Source: Auanema rhodensis (lineage: Eukaryota; Animalia; Nematoda). Taken from it: a stretch of DNA of 64,000 bases. A program made the position numbers and the translations under genes. Location: contig OZ059900.1 of assembly GCA_964057225.1 (NCBI GenBank), forward strand, positions 4,216,001-4,280,000, in the 5' to 3' direction. The notes below the pieces were generated by a model. It was not told where the DNA came from. It did not search any database and was given only the letters and a program-made list of their open reading frames with translations. Of this stretch, positions 1-8,661 are shown one piece after another (positions within the stretch are counted from its first letter, which is position 1; the number at the start of each line of letters is the position of its first letter).

Positions 1-1205
1 CATGTATAAATACACGAAGAAACTACTTTTCCTGCAAAAATACACAAAGAAAAAGTTTTCATGTATAAATACACGAAAAATAATTTTTCCTGCAAAAATA
101 CACGAAGAAACTACTTTTACCGCAAAAATACACGAAGAAACTACTTTTCCTGCAAAAATACACCTACAAACTACTTTTCCTGCAAAAATACACGAAAAAA
201 AATTTTTCCTGCAAAAATACACAAAGAAAAAGTTTTCATGTATAAATACACGAAAAAAAATTTTTCCTGCAAAAATACACGAAGAAACTACTTTTCTTGC
301 AAAAATACACAAAGAAAAAGTTTTCCTGCAAATATACACGAAAAAAAATTTTTCCTGCAAAAATACACCTACAAACTACTTTTACCGCAAAAATACACGA
401 AGAAACTACTTTTCCTGCAAAAATACACCTACAAACTACTTTTCCTGCAAAAATACACGAAAAAAAATTTTTCCTGCAAAAATACACAAAGAAAAAGTTT
501 TCATGTATAAATACAAGAAAAAAAAGTTTTCATGTATAAATACACGAAGAAACTACTTTTCCTGCAAAAATACACAAAGAAAAAGTTTTCATGTATAAAT
601 ACACGAAAAAAAATTTTTCCTGCAAAAATACACGAAGAAACTACTTTTACCGCAAAATTACACGAAGAAACTACTTTTCCTGCAAAAATACACCTACAAA
701 TTACATTTCCTGCAAAAATACACGAAAAAAAATTTTTCCTGCAAAAATACACAAAGAAAAAGTTTTCATGTATAAATACACGAAAAAAAATTTTTCCTGC
801 AAAAATACACGAAGAAACTACTTTTCTTGCAAAAATACACAAAGAAAAAGTTTTCCTGCAAATATACACGAAAAAAAATTTTTCCTGCAAAAATACACAA
901 AAAAACATTTTTCCTGCAAAAATACACGAAGAAACTACTTTTCCTGCAAAAATACACAAAGAAAAAGTTTTCATGTATAAATACACGAAAAAAAATTTTT
1001 CCTGCAAAAATACACCAAGAAACTACTTTTCCTGCAAAAATACACAAAAAAAACTTTTTCCTGCAAAAATACACGAAAAAAAATTTTTCCTACAAAAATA
1101 CACAAAAAAAAATTTTTCCCTGCAAAAATTCTAAAAAAAAATTTTTCCCTTGTAAAAATTCACTAAAAAATTTTTCTCCCTGCAAAAATGCGAAAAAAAA
1201 AAATT
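1..1205. repeat. 29/30-bp minisatellite block (long type, window-truncated)
   Basis: Monomers such as CCTGCAAAAATACACGAAGAAACTACTTTT, CCTGCAAAAATACACAAAGAAAAAGTTTT and CATGTATAAATACACGAAAAAAAATTTTT; the last ~100 bp are degenerate. Confidence 0.95.
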
Positions 1206-1262
1206 TATTCAGAAATACTTCCCCGAAGACATATGGTATCAAAATTTCGTTCCTCTCTCATT

Positions 1263-1357
1263 TACTTGATTGATTCTGTCAGCGCTGTATGCTCAAGTAA
1301 AAGATTAAGCCATGCATGTATAAAGTTCATCATTTTTGAGAAACTGCGATAGGCTCA
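1263..1357 (+). pseudogene. Mini-copy A of 18S rRNA 5' end (~95 nt), antisense to the unit's main 18S segment; recurs in each unit's spacer
   Basis: TACTTGATTGATTCTGTCAGCGCTGTATGCTCAAGTAAAAGATTAAGCCATGCATGTATAAAGTTCATCATTTTTGAGAAACTGCGATAGGCTCA matches the reverse complement of 2951-3045 with a few mismatches. Confidence 0.92.
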
Positions 1358-1492
1358 CAGCTCAGAGACCAAAAAAATTTCCAAGTCCAAAAAAAATTTT
1401 TTTTTCAACATGTTTTCACGATACTCTCAAAACATTTTTTACACATTTTTAAAGAGTTTTAACATTGGAATTGAGAAACAAAATTTTTTTTT

Positions 1493-1544
1493 TACTTGAT
1501 TGATTCTGTCAGCGCTGTAGCTTTCGTCAAGGATTAAGCCATGC
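1493..1544 (+). pseudogene. Mini-copy B of 18S 5' end (~52 nt, variant middle GTAGCTTTCGTCAAGG)
   Basis: TACTTGATTGATTCTGTCAGCGCTGTAGCTTTCGTCAAGGATTAAGCCATGC; recurs in each unit's spacer. Confidence 0.88.
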
Positions 1545-1580
1545 CAACCGCTCACCGACCACAAAAAAATTTTTTTCACG

Positions 1581-1654
1581 TACTTGATTGATTCTGTCAG
1601 CGCTGTATGCTCAAGTAAAAGATTAAGCCATGCATGTAGAAAGTTGAACTTTTT
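1581..1654 (+). pseudogene. Mini-copy C of 18S 5' end (~58 nt close match, degenerate to ~74 nt)
   Basis: TACTTGATTGATTCTGTCAGCGCTGTATGCTCAAGTAAAAGATTAAGCCATGCATGTA followed by divergent GAAAGTTGAACTTTTT. Confidence 0.9.
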
Positions 1655-1830
1655 AAGCCAAACCGCCAACCGACCAAAAATTTTGTCTAGTCAAAAATTA
1701 TGGAAATTTTTGAAAAAATATGCAAATTTTTTTTTTCAAAACTATTTTTCAGAGTAGTCTTATTCTATTTTCTGACTCTTTTTACATGTTTTACACTATA
1801 TATGAAATATGTTTTGGAAAATTTCCCGAT

Positions 1831-1880
1831 ATGGCTTAATCCTTGAGGAAAGCTACAGCGCTGACAGAATCAATCAAGTA
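1831..1880 (-). pseudogene. Mini-copy D of 18S 5' end (50 nt), inverted repeat partner of copy B
   Basis: Reverse complement is TACTTGATTGATTCTGTCAGCGCTGTAGCTTTCCTCAAGGATTAAGCCAT, 49/50 identical to 1493-1542. Confidence 0.88.
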
Positions 1881-1978
1881 AAATTTGCCATTTTTATCAA
1901 AATTTTTGATTTTTTAAATTAAAATTCTCGGGTGACCATTTATATGCGCTTTTTTTTGAAAAATGGTTCCAATATTCC

Positions 1979-2120
1979 AATAAAGTATACTTTTTCTTAC
2001 AAATAAAGTATACCTTTTCTTACAAATAAAGTATACCTTTTTTAAAATAAGGTATCAATATTGCTATCGCTATATACAATCAATAAAACGTTATTTGAAA
2101 CAAGAATAAGGTATACTTTC
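1979..2120 (-). terminator. 23-bp tandem repeats with palindromic AAAGTATAC(C/T)TT core immediately downstream of the 28S 3' end; candidate Pol I terminator/3'ETS elements
   Basis: AATAAAGTATACTTTTTCTTACA / AATAAAGTATACCTTTTCTTACA / AATAAAGTATACCTTTTTTAAA at 1979-2046, plus AATAAGGTATACTTT at 2105-2119. The repeat is seen directly; the terminator role is inferred from position only. Confidence 0.4.
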
Positions 2121-2129
2121 AGGTATAAA

Positions 2130-2201
2130 ACAAAACATCCAATCAAAGGATAGTCTCAACAGATCGCAGTTTATAAAGACTGCTCTACTGGATACAACAC
2201 C
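2130..2201 (-). rRNA. 28S rRNA: 3'-terminal ~72 nt of 28S (LSU) rRNA, fused to the 18S fragment
   Basis: Minus strand GGTGTTGTATCCAGTAGAGCAGTCTTTATAAACTGCGATCTGTTGAGACTATCCTTTGATTGGATGTTTTGT has the conserved eukaryotic LSU 3'-end pattern (GTAGAG-AG...GCGATCT--TGA). Other copies start at 5664, 8590, 12125, 15080, 18035, 20990, 24525, 27451, 30986, 33941, 36896, 40432, 43382 and 46943. Confidence 0.85.
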
Positions 2202-3045
2202 TACGAATGCCCCCGAATCGTCCCTATTAATCATTAATTCGACTCTCAAACCAATAAATAGAACCGAAGTCCTCTTTTATTATTCCATGATAGCACATAC
2301 AAGCAATCGCTTGCTTTGAGCGCTTTGATTTATTCAAAGTAAACCCGAGCCAGTATACACACCGAAGTACATACACAAAACCGACAAAATAGACACATCT
2401 ATGATTACCGGCAAGCCGTATCACAGAAAATGCCTCAGATCCAACTACGAGCTTTTTAACTACAGCAATAACGTTTTACACTAGTGGAGCTGGAATTACC
2501 GCGGCTGCTGGCACCAGACTTGCCCTCCACTGGGTCCTTGTAGAGCTATTTAAGCTCAGCTCAGTGAAATAATCAATCTAAAAAGATTGATCTTTTTATT
2601 TTTAGTTACTATCTCACTGAAGTAGTGGATAAGTTACGCGCCTGCTGCCTTCCTTGGATGTGGTAGCCGTTTCTAAGGCTCCCTCTCCGGAGTCGAACCC
2701 TAATTCTCCGTTACCCGTGATCACCATGGTAAAACTCTATATTACCATCAGGTTGATAGGGCAAACATTAATCTCGAAAAAAGACAGTAAAACCGTCGAT
2801 TAACTGGGTTATTCAGAGTCAACAAACATTAAATTGGTTTGTACTAATAACTGCGTTGAACTTGGGAAGAAGAACAACTATTAAGCATGTATTAGCTCCA
2901 GAATTACCACAGTTATCCATAGAAATCGAGAAAAATCATATCTGCTCTAATGAGCCGTTCGCAGTTTCTCAAAAATAATGAACTTTATACATGCATGGCT
3001 TAATCTTTTACTTGAGCATACAGCGCTGACAGAATCAATCAGATT
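2202..3045 (-). rRNA. 18S rRNA: Partial 18S rRNA (5' ~844 nt, ends at GGGGGCATTCGTA), rhabditid nematode type; truncated, cannot give mature 18S
   Basis: Universal SSU motifs on minus strand: AAAGATTAAGCCATGCATG, GGATAACTGTGGTAATTCT, GGTTCGACTCCGGAGAGGGAGCC, CCAAGGAAGGCAGCAGGCGCG, GTGCCAGCAGCCGCGGTAATTCCAGCTCC, GTTAAAAAGCTCGTAGTTGG. Confidence 0.97.
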
Positions 3046-3353
3046 CGCAATAGAGAATCCATTATTTCTTACTAAACAATATAAATATCGAGAAGTAGAA
3101 TAATTTTTTTTTCCCAATTCACCAAAAAAATTAAGAAAGTTGAAAAATCACACAGAAACGACACATTATAGAAAATATTCACATTTTTCAATGTGAACAA
3201 GTAAAATTGCAGATAACGAAAATTATTGTAAAAATTTTCTCCTGCTACCTTACGATTGTGATATCGTTTCGGTGAATAGTGTAACAATCTTCAGATATTA
3301 TTTCATAATGTTTATATTCCGATGAAACATTCCAGTAAAAATTTTATGTAAAA
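3046..3353 (-). promoter_or_regulatory. Putative 5'ETS / Pol I promoter region
   Basis: Unique AT-rich ~310 bp directly upstream of 18S +1 and abutting the minisatellite; contains the hairpin TTCACATT-GAAA-AATGTGAA (3178-3197). Function is inferred from position. Confidence 0.5.
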
Positions 3354-4740
3354 TACTTTTCCTGCAAAAATACACCTACAAACTACTTTTCCTGCAAAAT
3401 TACACGAAAAAAAATTTTTCCTGCAAAAATACACAAAGAAAAAGTTTTCATGTATAAATACACGAAAAATAATTTTTCCTGCAAAAATACACAAAGAAAA
3501 AGTTTTCATGTATAAATACACAAAGAAAAAGTTTTCATGTATAAATACACGAAGAAACTACTTTTCCTGCAAAAATACACAAAGAAAAAGTTTTCATGTA
3601 TAAATACACGAAAAATAATTTTTCCTGCAAAAATACACGAAGAAACTACTTTTACCGCAAAAATACACGAAGAAACTACTTTTCCTGCAAAAATACACCT
3701 ACAAACTACTTTTCCTGCAAAAATACACGAAATAAAATTTTTCCTGCAAAAATACACAAAGAAAAAGTTTTCATGTATAAATACACGAAAAAAAATTTTT
3801 CCTGCAAAAATACACGAAGAAACTACTTTTCTTGCAAAAATACACAAAGAAAAAGTTTTCCTGCAAATATACACGAAAAAAAATTTTTCCTGCAAAAATA
3901 CACCTACAAACTACTTTTACCGCAAAAATACACGAAGAAACTACTTTTCCTGCAAAAATACACCTACAAACTACTTTTCCTGCAAAAATACACGAAAAAA
4001 AATTTTTCCTGCAAAAATACACAAAGAAAAAGTTTTCATGTATAAATACAAGAAAAAAAAGTTTTCATGTATAAATACACGAAGAAACTACTTTTCCTGC
4101 AAAAATACACAAAGAAAAAGTTTTCATGTATAAATACACGAAAAAAAATTATTCCTGCAAAAATACACGAAGAAACTACTTTTACCGCAAAATTACACGA
4201 AGAAACTACTTTTCCTGCAAAAATACACCTACAAATTACATTTCCTGCAAAAATACACGAAAAAAAATTTTTCCTGCAAAAATACACAAAGAAAAAGTTT
4301 TCATGTATAAATACACGAAAAAAAATTTTTCCTGCAAAAATACACGAAGAAACTACTTTTCTTGCAAAAATACACAAAGAAAAAGTTTTCCTGCAAATAT
4401 ACACGAAAAAAAATTTTTCCTGCAAAAATACACAAAAAAACATTTTTCCTGCAAAAATACACGAAGAAACTACTTTTCCTGCAAAAATACACAAAGAAAA
4501 AGTTTTCATGTATAAATACACGAAAAAAAATTTTTCCTGCAAAAATACACCAAGAAACTACTTTTCCTGCAAAAATACACAAAAAAAACTTTTTCCTGCA
4601 AAAATACACGAAAAAAAATTTTTCCTACAAAAATACACAAAAAAAAATTTTTCCCTGCAAAAATTCTAAAAAAAAATTTTTCCCTTGTAAAAATTCACTA
4701 AAAAATTTTTCTCCCTGCAAAAATGCGAAAAAAAAAAATT
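3354..4740. repeat. 29/30-bp minisatellite block, long (L) type
   Basis: Same monomers; internal ~530-bp duplication. Confidence 0.95.
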
Positions 4741-5735
4741 TATTCAGAAATACTTCCCCGAAGACATATGGTATCAAAATTTCGTTCCTCTCTCATTTAC
4801 TTGATTGATTCTGTCAGCGCTGTATGCTCAAGTAAAAGATTAAGCCATGCATGTATAAAGTTCATCATTTTTGAGAAACTGCGATAGGCTCACAGCTCAG
4901 AGACCAAAAAAATTTCCAAGTCCAAAAAAAATTTTTTTTTCAACATGTTTTCACGATACTCTCAAAACATTTTTTACACATTTTTAAAGAGTTTTAACAT
5001 TGGAATTGAGAAACAAAATTTTTTTTTACTTGATTGATTCTGTCAGCGCTGTAGCTTTCGTCAAGGATTAAGCCATGCCAACCGCTCACCGACCACAAAA
5101 AAATTTTTTTCACGTACTTGATTGATTCTGTCAGCGCTGTATGCTCAAGTAAAAGATTAAGCCATGCATGTAGAAAGTTGAACTTTTTAAGCCAAACCGC
5201 CAACCGACCAAAAATTTTGTCTAGTCAAAAATTATGGAAATTTTTGAAAAAATATGCAAATTTTTTTTTTCAAAACTATTTTTCAGAGTAGTCTTATTCT
5301 ATTTTCTGACTCTTTTTACATGTTTTACACTATATATGAAATATGTTTTGGAAAATTTCCCGATATGGCTTAATCCTTGAGGAAAGCTACAGCGCTGACA
5401 GAATCAATCAAGTAAAATTTGCCATTTTTATCAAAATTTTTGATTTTTTAAATTAAAATTCTCGGGTGACCATTTATATGCGCTTTTTTTTGAAAAATGG
5501 TTCCAATATTCCAATAAAGTATACTTTTTCTTACAAATAAAGTATACCTTTTCTTACAAATAAAGTATACCTTTTTTAAAATAAGGTATCAATATTGCTA
5601 TCGCTATATACAATCAATAAAACGTTATTTGAAACAAGAATAAGGTATACTTTCAGGTATAAAACAAAACATCCAATCAAAGGATAGTCTCAACAGATCG
5701 CAGTTTATAAAGACTGCTCTACTGGATACAACACC

Positions 5736-6579
5736 TACGAATGCCCCCGAATCGTCCCTATTAATCATTAATTCGACTCTCAAACCAATAAATAGAACCG
5801 AAGTCCTCTTTTATTATTCCATGATAGCACATACAAGCAATCGCTTGCTTTGAGCGCTTTGATTTATTCAAAGTAAACCCGAGCCAGTATACACACCGAA
5901 GTACATACACAAAACCGACAAAATAGACACATCTATGATTACCGGCAAGCCGTATCACAGAAAATGCCTCAGATCCAACTACGAGCTTTTTAACTACAGC
6001 AATAACGTTTTACACTAGTGGAGCTGGAATTACCGCGGCTGCTGGCACCAGACTTGCCCTCCACTGGGTCCTTGTAGAGCTATTTAAGCTCAGCTCAGTG
6101 AAATAATCAATCTAAAAAGATTGATCTTTTTATTTTTAGTTACTATCTCACTGAAGTAGTGGATAAGTTACGCGCCTGCTGCCTTCCTTGGATGTGGTAG
6201 CCGTTTCTAAGGCTCCCTCTCCGGAGTCGAACCCTAATTCTCCGTTACCCGTGATCACCATGGTAAAACTCTATATTACCATCAGGTTGATAGGGCAAAC
6301 ATTAATCTCGAAAAAAGACAGTAAAACCGTCGATTAACTGGGTTATTCAGAGTCAACAAACATTAAATTGGTTTGTACTAATAACTGCGTTGAACTTGGG
6401 AAGAAGAACAACTATTAAGCATGTATTAGCTCCAGAATTACCACAGTTATCCATAGAAATCGAGAAAAATCATATCTGCTCTAATGAGCCGTTCGCAGTT
6501 TCTCAAAAATAATGAACTTTATACATGCATGGCTTAATCTTTTACTTGAGCATACAGCGCTGACAGAATCAATCAGATT
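5736..6579 (-). rRNA. 18S rRNA: Partial 18S rRNA (5' half), fused to 28S 3' end at 5664-5735
   Basis: Copy of 2202-3045. Confidence 0.96.
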
Positions 6580-6887
6580 CGCAATAGAGAATCCATTATT
6601 TCTTACTAAACAATATAAATATCGAGAAGTAGAATAATTTTTTTTTCCCAATTCACCAAAAAAATTAAGAAAGTTGAAAAATCACACAGAAACGACACAT
6701 TATAGAAAATATTCACATTTTTCAATGTGAACAAGTAAAATTGCAGATAACGAAAATTATTGTAAAAATTTTCTCCTGCTACCTTACGATTGTGATATCG
6801 TTTCGGTGAATAGTGTAACAATCTTCAGATATTATTTCATAATGTTTATATTCCGATGAAACATTCCAGTAAAAATTTTATGTAAAA

Positions 6888-7684
6888 TACTTTTCCTGCA
6901 AAAATACACCTACAAACTACTTTTCCTGCAAAATTACACGAAAAAAAATTTTTCCTGCAAAAATACACAAAGAAAAAGTTTTCATGTATAAATACACGAA
7001 AAATAATTTTTCCTGCAAAAATACACAAAGAAAAAGTTTTCATGTATAAATACACAAAGAAAAAGTTTTCATGTATAAATACACGAAGAAACTACTTTTC
7101 CTGCAAAAATACACAAAGAAAAAGTTTTCATGTATAAATACACGAAAAATAATTTTTCCTGCAAAAATACACAAAGAAAAAGTTTTCATGTATAAATACA
7201 CAAAGAAAAAGTTTTCATGTATAAATACACGAAGAAACTACTTTTCCTGCAAAAATACACAAAGAAAAAGTTTTCATGTATAAATACACGAAAAAAAGTT
7301 TTTCCTGCAAAAATACACGAAGAAACTACTTTTACCGCAAAAATACACGAAGAAACTACTTTTCCTGCAAAAATACACCTACAAATTACATTTCCTGCAA
7401 AAATACACGAAAAAAAATTTTTCCTGCAAAAATACACAAAGAAAAAGTTTTCATGTATAAACACACGAAAAAAAATTTTTCCTGCAAAAATACACGAAGA
7501 AACTACTTTTCTTGCAAAAATACACGAAAAAAAATTTTTCCTGCAAAAATACACGAAAAAAAATTTTTCCTGCAAAAATACACGAAAAAAAATTTTTCCT
7601 ACAAAAATTCTAAAAAAAAATTTTTCCCTTGTAAAAATTCACTAAAAAATTTTTCTCCCTGCAAAAATGCGAAAAAAAAAAATT
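6888..7684. repeat. 29/30-bp minisatellite block, short (S') type
   Basis: One monomer shorter than S blocks. Confidence 0.95.
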
Positions 7685-8661
7685 TATTCAGAAATACTTC
7701 CCCGAAGACATATGGTATCAAAATTTCGTTCCTCTCTCATTTACTTGATTGATTCTGTCAGCGCTGTATGCTCAAGTAAAAGATTAAGCCATGCATGTAT
7801 AAAGTTCATCATTTTTGAGAAACTGCGATAGGCTCACAGCTCAGAGACCAAAAAAATTTTTTTTTCAACATGTTTTCACGATACTCTCAAAACATTTTTT
7901 ACACATTTTTAAAGAGTTTTAACATTGGAATTGAGAAACAAAATTTTTTTTTTACTTGATTGATTCTGTCAGCGCTGTAGCTTTCGTCAAGGATTAAGCC
8001 ATGCCAACCGGTCACCGACCACAAAAAAATTTTTTTCACGTACTTGATTGATTCTGTCAGCGCTGTATGCTCAAGTAAAAGATTAAGCCATGCATGTAGA
8101 AAGTTGAACTTTTTAAGCCAAACCGCCAACCGACCAAAAATTTTGTCTAGTCAAAAATTATGGAAATTTTTGAAAAAATATGCAAATTTTTTTTTTCAAA
8201 ACTATTTTTCAGAGTAGTCTTATTCTATTTTCTGACTCTTTTTACATATTTTACACTATATATGAAATATGTTTTGGAAAATTTCCCGATATGGCTTAAT
8301 CCTTGAGGAAAGCTACAGCGCTGACAGAATCAATCAAGTAAAATTTGCCATTTTTATCAAAATTTTTGATTTTTTAAATTAAAATTCTCGGGTGACCATT
8401 TATATGCGCTTTTTTTTGAAAAATGGTTCCAATATTCCAATAAAGTATACTTTTTCTTACAAATAAAGTATACCTTTTCTTACAAATAAAGTATACCTTT
8501 TTTAAAATAAGGTATCAATATTGCTATCGCTATATACAATCAATAAAACGTTATTTGAAACAAGAATAAGGTATACTTTCAGGTATAAAACAAAACATCC
8601 AATCAAAGGATAGTCTCAACAGATCGCAGTTTATAAAGACTGCTCTACTGGATACAACACC

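Noticed and set aside
1-10. Satellite head CATGTATAAA equals 10 nt of the 18S 5' region, and the V4 antisense strand has ATACAC motifs, suggesting the satellite derives from 18S
   Set aside because: The matches are short and AT-rich, with no flanking similarity.
2-1273. Overlapping 70-200 aa K/F/T-rich ORFs (MYKYTKK..., MQEKFF...) in every satellite block
   Set aside because: Open on both strands and in several frames because the 29/30-bp monomers rarely contain stops; the frame shifts with monomer number and there is no domain signal.
1300-1320. Telomeric repeat (TAAGCC/GGCTTA)
   Set aside because: Only isolated hexamers, mostly within the universal 18S motif GATTAAGCCATGC; no tandem (TTAGGC)n in the window.
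1263-1880. CRISPR-like appearance (27-nt conserved repeat with different spacers; 29-30 bp periodicity elsewhere)
   Set aside because: The repeats are 18S fragments in mixed orientation with irregular spacing, the context is eukaryotic, and there are no cas genes or unique spacers.
2195-2210. rDNA-specific retroelement (R2/R4-type) or intron at the 18S truncation point
   Set aside because: The sequence after the break is the 28S 3' end, with no RT/endonuclease ORF or insertion.
2130-3045. Functional rDNA operon, naturally fragmented rRNA gene, or bacterial/organellar SSU
   Set aside because: No 18S 3' half, 5.8S or 28S body appears anywhere in 64 kb, and the motifs are nuclear eukaryotic 18S. 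A split-rRNA system would need complementary modules elsewhere and a spacer at the junction; neither is visible here.
1439-3521. Short repeated ORFs MAVWLKK (76 aa), MIRLAGN (65 aa), MLHYSPK (71 aa) and MYLYMKT (69 aa)
   Set aside because: They overlap rRNA-derived, ETS or satellite sequence, several use non-ATG starts, and some are frameshifted or lost in individual units.
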